Positions 54,230 to 64,000 of a stretch of 64,000 bases of DNA are shown here, piece after piece. The position numbers were made by a program, and so were the translations under genes. Under the pieces are notes generated by a model. That model searched no databases, was not told the origin of the DNA, and was given only the letters and a program-made list of their open reading frames with translations. Numbering within the stretch: position 1 is the stretch's first letter; each line of letters begins with the position of its first letter. The DNA comes from a virus: positions 1 through 64,000 of the IMG/VR virus record IMGVR_UViG_3300032235_000653; one strand, given 5' to 3'.

Positions 54230-55358
54230 TTAAATCATTGACCCAGTAATTTTTAATTATGATATCATCTTCTAGTATTTCAGGCTGTCTTAATACGTCT
54301 AAGAATTCTTTATATTGTGGATGATTCTTATCGCTAACATTTCTTTCTTGAAATTCTTGTTGCGACCATGTATCCCAGTTCCACATTTTTCCTATTCTAA
54401 TAATATCAAACCCAAGCTGCTTGGATATCTGTACATAATCGGAAATTTCTTTGTAGTTATTTAACTGAGCAACAAAGTCTGCAGACACTTGAGTTTTAAA
54501 ATTATATTTTTTAATTAAATCAATTACCCAAGCGCAATTTTCTAATAGAGTTTGCCAGTTTCCGTTTACCCTGTTTTTCTCATATGTTTGTGCTGTTCCA
54601 GCATCAAAACTAATTCTTAATTCAGTTATGTACGGCAAAAACTCTATTAACAAATCTTCTTTCTTTTTTAAATAACTACCATTGGTCTGAATAATATTCT
54701 TAATAAATTTGTTTTTCGACTTGGCAATATATTCCCACAGCTCAACATATGCTTTGCTAATAAAGGGCTCGCCGCCTGCCCATCTAATTTGTGTGGGTGT
54801 CGAAATATTATCTATTAACAGCGTTTTAATTTTTTCGACTATTTTCTTATTAGTACTTGCCATCGGTCCTGTATTATTATTAACAAGATCGGTACGACAA
54901 GAAGGACATACAAAATTACAAGTATAGTCAAAATCAAAAATAATTTCTTTGGGTATTTTTTTTACTTTTGCTTTCTCTGTAAAGCTAACAGAATCCAGTA
55001 ACACAAACTCCGTAGTGTCAGACGCAGAATTAAATTCTGTCTTATCTAACTGATTAAAAAACATCCCGCATATATTTGAATTACAATACGAATATCGGTT
55101 ATTTAAAATTTCAGTTCTAATAGACATTGCCTCATGAGAATTCAACAAATCGTAAACATTATCATAATCTAAGATACTGCCAATGGACTTTGGTAACCAT
55201 GCAGGACTCAAACAAATATAACTTTCTCCAAATTGATTTACTACTAATGTTTCCCAAGGATAATTACATCTTCTAATAGATTTAACTTTTTTATCAAATA
55301 AAATTTGATTATTATTTTTTCTTTGATAATAGTCGGAAAACAAAATTACTCGTTCCAT
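54222..55358 (-). CDS. Radical SAM protein
   Basis: CNYPW..C..CNSNIC; CNFVCPSC; GGEP; QTNG. Confidence 0.9.
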   Translation of the reverse strand: MERVILFSDYYQRKNNNQILFDKKVKSIRRCNYPWETLVVNQFGESYICLSPAWLPKSIGSILDYDNVYDLLNSHEAMSIRTEILNNRYSYCNSNICGMFFNQLDKTEFNSASDTTEFVLLDSVSFTEKAKVKKIPKEIIFDFDYTCNFVCPSCRTDLVNNNTGPMASTNKKIVEKIKTLLIDNISTPTQIRWAGGEPFISKAYVELWEYIAKSKNKFIKNIIQTNGSYLKKKEDLLIEFLPYITELRISFDAGTAQTYEKNRVNGNWQTLLENCAWVIDLIKKYNFKTQVSADFVAQLNNYKEISDYVQISKQLGFDIIRIGKMWNWDTWSQQEFQERNVSDKNHPQYKEFLDVLRQPEILEDDIIIKNYWVNDLND

Positions 55359-55372
55359 CGATACTCCATAAA

Positions 55373-56578
55373 TTAATTGTAACCCATTGCTTTGGCTATT
55401 TCTGGATGAGTATCCATAAAGTTTTGTTTTCGATATGTATCTGTGCGCTTCATATTGTTTAAAAATACTTGCCCATCGCTGCCTGCACCATTTTCAATAA
55501 ATTTAATTACATTCTCAATTTCTTGATGATGTTCCTTTGTATTCCAAAAAGTTGTTTTGAGTTTATTTAAAACTAATTCTCTGGCTGCGGGCGTTAATTG
55601 CTGAATACTCATATGATCAGGGCTGTGCAACATATTAAAATAAATGCTGTCAAAAGGTTTAGTGCTTGCCCATGCCAGTAATTCATCTAAGTAATATACA
55701 TTTTGAATATTAATAGTGAAACAAAGTTGAGTAGTAATGTTAGGCGTGTCAACATCCCGTGCAAAATGAACTCCGTCGATTATTTCATTGGCTTTATCCC
55801 AGTCTGCACCGTATCGTTCATATTCAAATCTTACGCCAACATTGTCGATACTGAATGCAATATCTACACGGCCAAAATGATTCCATAAAGCTGATTTTTG
55901 TATGCCCAACCCGTTAATAGTTGCATTGGTGTTATAATGAATATCAATGTGTTTACTATGACCTGTAGCTACTGCATATCGCAGTAGCTCCCAATGTTCT
56001 TCGATTAACCAAGGCTCACCTCCGGTAAATTCAAAATACTTAATATTGGGCAGCAATGATTTTAAATTCTCCCAAAAATCAGGACTTTCCTCTGGCCATT
56101 TACCTTGTTTAAGCCAAGTATATGCAACATGTTTTTTCTTATCATATCCTTGCGGCAAATACTCCAATTCTTCTGCCGCCCACTTACTACTGCTCCAGCT
56201 GCCGCATATCCTGCACTTTAAATTACAAATGTTGCCCAGCTTTAAATCAATGAACCACAATTGATCAGGTACATCGTTTTGCCAATCAACCAATGGGTAT
56301 AACTCTTTGAGTCTGACTTGACTGTGAATACGTTTACTAGTCCTGTTTGCTGCTTCTTCATCCCAGCATAATTTACAGGTATTTGGTTTTTCGCCGCGGC
56401 GGAATTGTCTACGTAAGTTTTGCATATACTCGCTGGTATATGCATCTTGTAATGTATGTCTTCTAAGATCAATACTGGTAATATCTTCTCTTGCAAGACA
56501 ACAAGGTCTTGCGGTGCCCATTGGACTGGCTTCTATACTAATCCATGGCAACATACAAATACTATTAGGTAGTGTCAT
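55373..56578 (-). CDS. Radical SAM protein with Twitch/SPASM-like domain
   Basis: CMLPW..PCC..CKLC; CNLKCRIC; GGEP. Confidence 0.9.
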   Translation of the reverse strand: MTLPNSICMLPWISIEASPMGTARPCCLAREDITSIDLRRHTLQDAYTSEYMQNLRRQFRRGEKPNTCKLCWDEEAANRTSKRIHSQVRLKELYPLVDWQNDVPDQLWFIDLKLGNICNLKCRICGSWSSSKWAAEELEYLPQGYDKKKHVAYTWLKQGKWPEESPDFWENLKSLLPNIKYFEFTGGEPWLIEEHWELLRYAVATGHSKHIDIHYNTNATINGLGIQKSALWNHFGRVDIAFSIDNVGVRFEYERYGADWDKANEIIDGVHFARDVDTPNITTQLCFTINIQNVYYLDELLAWASTKPFDSIYFNMLHSPDHMSIQQLTPAARELVLNKLKTTFWNTKEHHQEIENVIKFIENGAGSDGQVFLNNMKRTDTYRKQNFMDTHPEIAKAMGYN

Positions 56579-57912
56579 TTATTTTTTAACTCGCTTAATT
56601 CAGGAAATGTATTCCAAAAGTTTTCTCCCCTAAGATTATCAATTAAATTAATTTCTTGTTTAAATTTATCCCAGTGCTGTGAGCCGTCAGTGGACATTAG
56701 GAAATTAATGACGCTCTTGAATCCGGTGGTTGCTCGTTTCAATGAGTCTTGAGGTTCTAACCATTCTATGTGTTGTTCATACGCAGGCTTAATTACACGT
56801 TCTTTAAATTCTTGTGGGAATATATCAATCCTATACCACTCAGGACTTTGGCAAATATTCACATTAAAATCCTTGGGTTTAATAAACCCCATGTCGACCC
56901 ATTCTTTATGAAAATCTAAGACGTGTAATACATTCATGGAACTAATAGTGCTGGCGATATAAAAATCTACATGCGGCACTTCTTCTAACATACGTTCACG
57001 ATTACGAACTGTTTGTTTCCAGTCTGTGCCTTTTCTCATTAATTCTGCTCTAGTACCGCTGGCATCCAGGCTGGCGCCTACCCCCACTGTTCTAAAATGT
57101 TTCCAATACTCGAATACGTGTTTATCTTTGAATGCTAATTCGCTAAAGTTTGTATTGTACTGAATGCATACGTCTGTTCGGCCTGCTTCAATAAGTTTTT
57201 CTAATAGATAATAGTGTTCCTTCATAATCAAAGGTTCACCGCCTGCAAAATAAACTTGTTCCAAGTAGGGAATATGTTCTTCCATTTGTGCAATCATATA
57301 ATCTTCGTCGCCGGCAGCATATTCAATTCTGGCCAAATCTTTGCCATTTACGTCAGGTACTCTATTGAATAATTTGACATGATCATTATACCAGTTACTG
57401 CTAAAAACAGGACCGCACGTTCTGCAACGAAAATTACACAGATTACTAAATCTAACGTCCCAATATCTAATCTTAAATTCTGGATGTGTTCCGTCTGGCA
57501 GTGTTTTATCTACGTCTGCAATGTTATGTCCGTAACTACGATTAGCATCATAGCGCATACTAAAGAATCCGTTTTCTTCCTGTTCGTAACATTTGGTACA
57601 TTGTTTGACTGGCTGATCTGCCATCATCAATCGTCTAATTTCTTTATAGCCTTCTTGATTCCACACTTCTTGCATTGAGTTCTTTTTTAAATTCCCAATT
57701 GGATGAAAATATTCTGCAAGGCAACAAGGATATACCCTGCCGTCCGGATAAGCATGTTGGTGAACCCATGGCAACATACAAAAAGATTTACTGTTCGTTA
57801 ATCTGTTGATTTGAGTTTCTGTTAGTGTTTCAGAATCTGCAAATAATGGTTTCCTACTATTGTAATCGTAACCACGTTTATAAAATCTATCAGTTTTTTT
57901 ATCTTCGCTCAT
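56575..57912 (-). CDS. Radical SAM protein with Twitch/SPASM-like domain
   Basis: CMLPW..PCC..CTKC; CNFRCRTC; GGEP. Confidence 0.9.
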   Translation of the reverse strand: MSEDKKTDRFYKRGYDYNSRKPLFADSETLTETQINRLTNSKSFCMLPWVHQHAYPDGRVYPCCLAEYFHPIGNLKKNSMQEVWNQEGYKEIRRLMMADQPVKQCTKCYEQEENGFFSMRYDANRSYGHNIADVDKTLPDGTHPEFKIRYWDVRFSNLCNFRCRTCGPVFSSNWYNDHVKLFNRVPDVNGKDLARIEYAAGDEDYMIAQMEEHIPYLEQVYFAGGEPLIMKEHYYLLEKLIEAGRTDVCIQYNTNFSELAFKDKHVFEYWKHFRTVGVGASLDASGTRAELMRKGTDWKQTVRNRERMLEEVPHVDFYIASTISSMNVLHVLDFHKEWVDMGFIKPKDFNVNICQSPEWYRIDIFPQEFKERVIKPAYEQHIEWLEPQDSLKRATTGFKSVINFLMSTDGSQHWDKFKQEINLIDNLRGENFWNTFPELSELKNK

Positions 57913-59258
57913 AGTGTACTATACCAATCTGCTAAAGCAGGAAATGTTTTACAGAAGTCTTTACCTCTGCGCTGATCGTACTGTGTATAAAATTGTTTGA
58001 AATCACTGCGTAATTTAGATAGTTCAAATGCATCGCTGTGTGGAGTTTTTACAACATCCAAGTAATCTACTAATCGTTGTAAATGATTTATTTCATGTTC
58101 GTGTAAATAGTTATTCCCTTTATGTCGAACAAGAAAATTAACTAATTGATCTTTATATTTTGATTTAATGTCATCAGGCAGCACTAATGGGCTTTGAAAA
58201 CTAGGAAAACGTAAAATATTTAAAGTAAAATTAGGATAATCTCGGCCGAATTCTTTCTTTAAGTCTACTAAAGTATCTAAGAAATCAGGCAATGTGTCCA
58301 GACATAATGCATTAATTGTACACATCACATGCAGTCCGCGAAACTTTTTACTTTTTGCAAGCTTTATAACATTTTCTAACCACAAAGTATAATTTAACCC
58401 ATCTCGTATATATTCTGCTTGAACATGATCGCTTTCGTTGCTGGTATATAAATCCATTTCTAAACCATCTATGCTATCAATCAATCTGTCGATATCAACT
58501 TGATAACCTAAATTACTATTAATGGCTAAACGGGTTTGGCTTTTGCCTTTGTTAGATTTAAACCAATCAATTAGCTTCCAAGTCTCTGCACTCATTAATG
58601 GTTCCCCGCCAGTGATTCGCAATTCTTTAAGAGTTCTATGTAAGTCGCTTTCCCACCATTTGTGAAATGCTTCTGCATACGGATTAGTTTCGCCAAATTT
58701 ATATAATTGACTGCTGTCGTGCGTATGAGTAAAATGATTTCTGCCGTCACTGACAAGATTGGTATAAGGCCCGTTACGCTTTATATCATTTACCCAGGTA
58801 CTACTGAACGCAGGATTGCAGTAACTACAAGCAAACTGACAAGTACGATCAAACGCAATTTCGAGAGTTTTGAGATCAAAATCTTCTCGGGCAGGTGTTC
58901 TGTATGCATATGCCAAGTCTTCATCATTGTAAATTACAGTTTTGTATACACGATCACTTACTGCATCTCGGCCCATGTCTTCGATCTTCCAGCAATACTC
59001 ACAACCAGATGGACGCTCACCTTTTTGCATTTGTTCGCGTTCCATCTTTTTCTTTTGAGTATTGTGTAATGCCTTGGGATTTCGTTCGACATCATCGATA
59101 TCTACTTTGTGCGGCAAAGGATGGTGGCAACTAGTAGTCATTCCGCTACCTAACCATATAGTAGCATTATACCACTTAGCTCCGCAAAAAGATTTCGATT
59201 TAATATCGATTACTCTGCGTTTGTAATCTAAATCTGTTTCATTGTTTATTCTTGGCAT
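57909..59258 (-). CDS. Radical SAM protein
   Basis: CGAKW..SCHH..CEYCW; CQFACSYC; GGEP. Confidence 0.9.
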   Translation of the reverse strand: MPRINNETDLDYKRRVIDIKSKSFCGAKWYNATIWLGSGMTTSCHHPLPHKVDIDDVERNPKALHNTQKKKMEREQMQKGERPSGCEYCWKIEDMGRDAVSDRVYKTVIYNDEDLAYAYRTPAREDFDLKTLEIAFDRTCQFACSYCNPAFSSTWVNDIKRNGPYTNLVSDGRNHFTHTHDSSQLYKFGETNPYAEAFHKWWESDLHRTLKELRITGGEPLMSAETWKLIDWFKSNKGKSQTRLAINSNLGYQVDIDRLIDSIDGLEMDLYTSNESDHVQAEYIRDGLNYTLWLENVIKLAKSKKFRGLHVMCTINALCLDTLPDFLDTLVDLKKEFGRDYPNFTLNILRFPSFQSPLVLPDDIKSKYKDQLVNFLVRHKGNNYLHEHEINHLQRLVDYLDVVKTPHSDAFELSKLRSDFKQFYTQYDQRRGKDFCKTFPALADWYSTL

Positions 59259-59409
59259 AGTTGTTAAATTTAGTTATAAAATCATTTATTAGTTGTTTAT
59301 GGGCGGGTGTGAATGTCATTGCATTCTCACTATATCATGCTCTATTATTTCGAAATAATCAGGATACCAATTAAAGAATTCTAAATCATTGTCTTTTAAC
59401 GAGTTAATT

Positions 59410-60555
59410 TTAATCTTTTGCATTTAAAAGATCCTTAACTTTGTCAGGAAGAGTTATATTTTTTCTATCTTCCCATTGTTTTAAAAAGTGTAAAAATTCT
59501 GAAAATAAAGTTTTATTAAATTTGGTTGAAGACAATATACTTAACACCACATCAACATTCTTTATATTCTTATTATCTAACAAAGTTAATAATACAGTCT
59601 CTGCTTGTTTTTTAATATTGTCCGGAGTTGCTTCAATACTTTGAATTCTTGGATATTGACAATAAGATAATGCCCAAAGAAAATTATCTTTGTATTTTTC
59701 TATTCGAGGCATTATTACACTAGATAAAAAGTTTTCAATATCGCAGAGAGTTATATTAGTCATCAGACTTAATATATTAATTTTGATATTTCCTTCACTG
59801 TTTTCTAATAGATAGTCCAAATTTTTCAAAAATAAATCATAATCGATTCCGTATCTAACAAATTCTGATATTTCTTTACAAGAATCCAGACTGACATTTA
59901 TCACAATGTATTTGAATTTATTTCTATAGGTTAGCAATTTATCAATTGATTTTTTATCAACCATTAGATTTGAAACCAGAGTTAAAACGCCTTTATGATC
60001 TATTGTATCTAAGATATTAAAAAATTTTTTATTTATTAATGGTTCGCCTCCTATTATCCTTAAAGTTTCAAATTGCAGAGTATTCAACAATTCTAAATTT
60101 TCATCCACTAACTGTTTATTTTTAACATCCACACTGTAAATATGTCGGTCTGTAAATAATTGATATTTTCGATCTTGTACGTCTTTTTCCCATTGACTAC
60201 TAAATTTTGGATTGCAATACATGCACTGCATATTACAAGCATTGCCGACATTAATTTCAACTAATTTGGGAATTTTGTTATTTTTATATTCATTAAATGT
60301 CGATATTTCAAATTTTTTTAATAATTGAGTTCTGAGACTGGCCCCGTTTGTTTTCTCAGAATTCCAACAGTACGAACAACTGGGATCTTGTACGTTGTTT
60401 AATAAATTTTGTTTTTGATAATTAATAATTTCGGTATAATCGTTGACAAATTTTTCTGGTCTTGCTTTACAACAACCATATACATAATTATAACTAGTAT
60501 TAATAACTAGCTCGTCCCATTTAGCTGGACAAAACGTGTCAGGTAGTTGTTGCAT
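59410..60555 (-). CDS. Radical SAM protein
   Basis: CPAKW..GCC..CSYCW; CNMQCMYC; GGEP. Confidence 0.9.
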   Translation of the reverse strand: MQQLPDTFCPAKWDELVINTSYNYVYGCCKARPEKFVNDYTEIINYQKQNLLNNVQDPSCSYCWNSEKTNGASLRTQLLKKFEISTFNEYKNNKIPKLVEINVGNACNMQCMYCNPKFSSQWEKDVQDRKYQLFTDRHIYSVDVKNKQLVDENLELLNTLQFETLRIIGGEPLINKKFFNILDTIDHKGVLTLVSNLMVDKKSIDKLLTYRNKFKYIVINVSLDSCKEISEFVRYGIDYDLFLKNLDYLLENSEGNIKINILSLMTNITLCDIENFLSSVIMPRIEKYKDNFLWALSYCQYPRIQSIEATPDNIKKQAETVLLTLLDNKNIKNVDVVLSILSSTKFNKTLFSEFLHFLKQWEDRKNITLPDKVKDLLNAKD

Positions 60556-61936
60556 AGTATTTGCATTCCTTCCAAAAATCTACCATTTCTGGAAATGCCA
60601 AAATAAAGTTAGTGCCGCGGCGGCGATCATGTTCATTGAAAAATTTATAAAAATTTGCTTTTTGCATTTTAACATATTCAGGATCTAATTTGCTACCTTC
60701 TCTCATCCAATCAATGACTCTTTGTAAACGGTGAACTTCGTAATCTTTGAAACCGTGAAATGGAGTTTCAGGTTGTTCCATTTTTGTAATCATAAAACTC
60801 CACGATGTTTCTAAACTGTCTATATAACTTTCTGGTAATAGTTGTAAACTTTGCCATTCTGGTTTACGAAGAATTGGAGTATCAAACCAAACACGTTGAT
60901 ATGTTTTGCTGTGTATTTGCCTAAGTCCCAGTATACAGCCCAATAAATTTTGAAGGCCGGCCACATTTAAATTATTCATAGTAATTATAAATGTCAAGCT
61001 ACTACGATTGGGCACTTCATATAAAAATCTGTTGATGTTATCCCAAAATCTTTCAAAATTTAATCCGTGTCTGATATATTCGGCCTGCATAAAAGTGGCA
61101 TCTATACTAACATACTGCATGAAATGCTCAATTTTTTTATCTTCATTGCTGCATAGTCGTTTTACATAATCCAAATACTTGTCAAACAATGCAGGCTCAA
61201 CACTGAAATTAGAAGTCACATTTAAGTGTAAGTTGGGACTAGGATTTTCTAATACATAATCAAATACACGATATGTATTCTTATCCATGAGAGGCTCTCC
61301 GCCAGTCATTCTAAAATGTTCCAATTCTGGATATAGCGTGGGCCACCAAGACCAGAACGCATCAACATAGGGATTATCTTCCCTGGCAGGAATAATTTTT
61401 CTTTCTCCGATAAAATGACTGGGATCGTTGTGCAATGGACTTGTAGGAAAAGCGCCATTGCGCTCTACGTCACTGGCCCAACTACTGGAGTACTGAGGGC
61501 TGCAATAACTACAAGACAAGTTGCAGGCATTATTGAAATTGACTTCTACATAAGAAGGAAGAACGTCTTCGTCCCCAGTTGAATTAACTATTGTTTCAAA
61601 ATCTTTTGCAGCCCACGGCTCACCACTGCGATAATGTCGATCGCTTAAGTTGCCTAAATCTTCTTGAGTCCAGCAATAACTACATTCTTGTGGGCGCTCA
61701 TTACGCAGCATAATCTTACGCTGCTCTTTTTTATAAGGTGTGTTGTGCAATGCACCAGGATTATCTTTTAACAGCGTCGAGTCAATTTTATGCAACGGTG
61801 GATGGTAGCAACTGTTATTAAGGCCTGTGGGCAAATGTAAGCTAACTTGTTTCCATTTAGCTAAACAAAGTGAGGGACCTAATTTAGATTTTGCTTCTTC
61901 TGCGGAATTTAAAAATACGCTTTTAGTCATTACCAA
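60539..61936 (-). CDS. Radical SAM protein
   Basis: CLAKW..SCYH..CSYCW; CNLSCSYC; GGEP; probable ATG at 61930. Confidence 0.9.
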   Translation of the reverse strand: MVMTKSVFLNSAEEAKSKLGPSLCLAKWKQVSLHLPTGLNNSCYHPPLHKIDSTLLKDNPGALHNTPYKKEQRKIMLRNERPQECSYCWTQEDLGNLSDRHYRSGEPWAAKDFETIVNSTGDEDVLPSYVEVNFNNACNLSCSYCSPQYSSSWASDVERNGAFPTSPLHNDPSHFIGERKIIPAREDNPYVDAFWSWWPTLYPELEHFRMTGGEPLMDKNTYRVFDYVLENPSPNLHLNVTSNFSVEPALFDKYLDYVKRLCSNEDKKIEHFMQYVSIDATFMQAEYIRHGLNFERFWDNINRFLYEVPNRSSLTFIITMNNLNVAGLQNLLGCILGLRQIHSKTYQRVWFDTPILRKPEWQSLQLLPESYIDSLETSWSFMITKMEQPETPFHGFKDYEVHRLQRVIDWMREGSKLDPEYVKMQKANFYKFFNEHDRRRGTNFILAFPEMVDFWKECKYYATTT

Positions 61937-62856
61937 CCTTCAACTCGTCTAATAACATCTAATTCTGTCATTGTTGTTCCCATATTACGATGCACTGCTT
62001 TATAGTGATGTTTAAAGAATGCACTTTGATCTGCGTTCATATCAACTATAGGCAATCCCAATCGTGTACGCAATGTTTGTCCGATATTTTCACAAGCAGA
62101 TTCTTCGTCTTTACCAAAGCTATTCCAAAGATATGCAAGGTGATCAAAATCTTGTACTTGTCGATAATCCCACTCTCTTAACATGGTCATATAAGTGCCT
62201 AACCGAGCACCGTATATAGCCCACTGACCATTTTCTACATCTTGCCCGACACTTTGCCAAATACATAAATGGTCGTAGTTCCGAGCATGAACTTTTTGTT
62301 CAAACTCTTGCAAGCTGGGTTTCTTCCCGCGATCCAAACACATTTTAACACCTTCACGGAATCCTGCACGCCAAGCTTGAAAAGGAGTTGCATTAGGAAA
62401 TGTAGTACTATAGCAGTCATGCATAGGGATGTATTTTGGATCAAAACAAAACTCTATAACAGTTTCATCTCTACCGTCAGTGGCTTCGTGCGTTCGCATT
62501 TGATTTACAAAGTCTTTGGTCCAACAACTTATTCCGCCATTACCGTACATCAGTCCGTTAATGTGATTACGAGCCTTCCATCTGAACACACAGTCATGAT
62601 TGTTGTCGTCCAGCTTAAGCTGAAGATTAAAAAATTCAGCGTCTGGTATATTGTCCCCATCTATTAGCACGAACCTATCAGTGTCACTGGCTGCTGCTGC
62701 TGCTTTGTGTGCAGCATCACTGCCTTTTATTCCATCAACACGTTTAGCCCATGGTATTAAATTTTGAATCTTAATCCAAAACTCTTCTTTTTTTGGTTCG
62801 TCGTAGGTTAAAAATATGCAATCAAGATCTGCAATATCAACGATTTTTGTAGTCAT
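61930..62856 (-). CDS. GT-A-like glycosyltransferase (paralog of the last domain of 46426-48096)
   Basis: DCIFLTYDE, IDGDN (DxD), ARNHINGLMYG and WRAGFREGVKM. Confidence 0.65.
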   Translation of the reverse strand: MTTKIVDIADLDCIFLTYDEPKKEEFWIKIQNLIPWAKRVDGIKGSDAAHKAAAAASDTDRFVLIDGDNIPDAEFFNLQLKLDDNNHDCVFRWKARNHINGLMYGNGGISCWTKDFVNQMRTHEATDGRDETVIEFCFDPKYIPMHDCYSTTFPNATPFQAWRAGFREGVKMCLDRGKKPSLQEFEQKVHARNYDHLCIWQSVGQDVENGQWAIYGARLGTYMTMLREWDYRQVQDFDHLAYLWNSFGKDEESACENIGQTLRTRLGLPIVDMNADQSAFFKHHYKAVHRNMGTTMTELDVIRRVEGW

Positions 62857-63262
62857 AGTGTTCTACATCTTTATAAGTTTCGCCGTCTTCTAAAATTATA
62901 CCAGGAAGATTTTTTACTGTTTTGAACCCTGTTTGACTTTTTTCAAGTTGAGGTGTTTGCGTAGCATTGTTGTTTTTAATTGTGATTTTATTATTATGTA
63001 CAATATACTTGTGTACTTCTGCAAATACACTTTTATAAGTATTTTCATCTACTATGATATAATCGCCGGTAAACCCATACATCTCTGCATCTTTTACAGT
63101 AGGGGATGTAGCTGTGATATTTCCTAAATTGTCGTAGTAGATTCGATATTCGTATTCAATTGCTGAAGGTTTATCTATTAGACCCAACTCGTCTAATTGT
63201 CTAATTATTTCTTCTAGTGTGGTATCTTCGTTAACTGTTATGGTAGGTTCGTTCATATTCAT
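62837..63262 (-). CDS. Hypothetical protein
   Basis: 141 aa; YRIYYDNLGNI. Confidence 0.6.
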   Translation of the reverse strand: MNMNEPTITVNEDTTLEEIIRQLDELGLIDKPSAIEYEYRIYYDNLGNITATSPTVKDAEMYGFTGDYIIVDENTYKSVFAEVHKYIVHNNKITIKNNNATQTPQLEKSQTGFKTVKNLPGIILEDGETYKDVEHYDYKNR

Positions 63263-64000
63263 TTATTAATTCCCCTGTTACATAAGATTTATCATAGTAA
63301 TGCACTGGACTATATTGATTTAAGTTATGAATGTTAATCATATGATTATCTCTATAATGCATTACTATGTCCTGCCAGGATTGATCTGTATTGCCCCACC
63401 CGTTGATACCAGGTTTCAAATGTACAAAATTAATGAAATCCATGGTTGGTATGGTACACAATTCAACCCCTATAGTTTTTGCTGTTAACGCATACAGTAC
63501 ATCAGTGCTAGGCGTGTCTTCTCGACAATTTTTTAGAACATTATCTCTAAAATATTCCCAATTTCTTAAAATTCGTTGAGCTGTTAAAAAGAAATCATTG
63601 GCTACTTTGCTATATCTAAAATACATTAAACCGTTGTAAATGTCCGGTAACTCGTTGTCATCAAAAAATTTTCTATAAAGTCTAGTTGTAGCTAGTTCTT
63701 GCCTATATGTTTTACATCCTGTACTTAATACAACGTCCCGCAGTCTAAACGCATTCCACCAATGGTCTATATTTCTAGTGAATAACAAATCGCTTTCTAA
63801 TTTAATAGTTTCTTTAAAAGGACTCAGTGAAAAAACTTGGTATTCATTGGATAGTTTCCATGTACTGTCTTTATCATTTTCGTCATAGGGTATTTCGATT
63901 ATATGATCAAATACTTTTTTATGTTTATCCGTGATTTGCTCGATAGTATTTTTATCGCAGATCACTGCATACTTGGCGGTTGGATGCAGGCTTTTTACAT
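63231..64000 (-). CDS. GT8-like glycosyltransferase (5' partial)
   Basis: Frame open to the window end; SPFKETIKLESDLL, YNGLMYF, TDVLYA, VHLK and VHYY. Confidence 0.6.
   Translation of the reverse strand, partial: VKSLHPTAKYAVICDKNTIEQITDKHKKVFDHIIEIPYDENDKDSTWKLSNEYQVFSLSPFKETIKLESDLLFTRNIDHWWNAFRLRDVVLSTGCKTYRQELATTRLYRKFFDDNELPDIYNGLMYFRYSKVANDFFLTAQRILRNWEYFRDNVLKNCREDTPSTDVLYALTAKTIGVELCTIPTMDFINFVHLKPGINGWGNTDQSWQDIVMHYRDNHMINIHNLNQYSPVHYYDKSYVTGELINEYERTYHNS

Noticed and set aside
1-64000. Stop-codon reassignment as seen in some large phages
   Set aside because: Known enzymes are full length under the standard code, and TAA, TGA and TAG all terminate genes at coupled junctions.

Overview
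A 64 kb, AT-rich, gene-dense segment of a large T4-like or jumbo tailed phage. It has a family-B DNA polymerase, a gp45-like sliding clamp, an RNase H/5'-3' exonuclease, T4-type TAAATA late-promoter cores and sigma70-type promoters, and uses the standard genetic code. No tRNA, rRNA gene or CRISPR array was seen. Layout: (1) 1-9.3 kb, modular low-complexity proteins that are probably capsid-packaged and are punctuated by a G[VM]AE motif conserved at DNA level, plus Dps and a fatty-acid desaturase. (2) 9.26-10 kb, a structured intergenic element with two segments complementary to 23S rRNA H69-H71, next to a GIY-YIG endonuclease. (3) 11-16 kb, replication genes. (4) 16-29.6 kb, a 7-deazaguanine DNA-modification cluster (DpdA/TGT-like, QueD-like/DpdL, FolE, QueD, QueE) interleaved with sugar-tailoring enzymes, with a preQ1-I-like riboswitch candidate before queD. 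(5) 30-44.7 kb, small hypotheticals, a MoxR AAA+/VWA pair, DHFR, ThyA, an epimerase and an aminotransferase. (6) 44.7-64 kb on the minus strand, a GNAT-ART-GNAT polyprotein, glycosyltransferase-like proteins, dCMP deaminase, an APS kinase fusion, a carbamoyltransferase and seven tandem radical-SAM genes. All calls come from motifs read by eye; no database searches were run.
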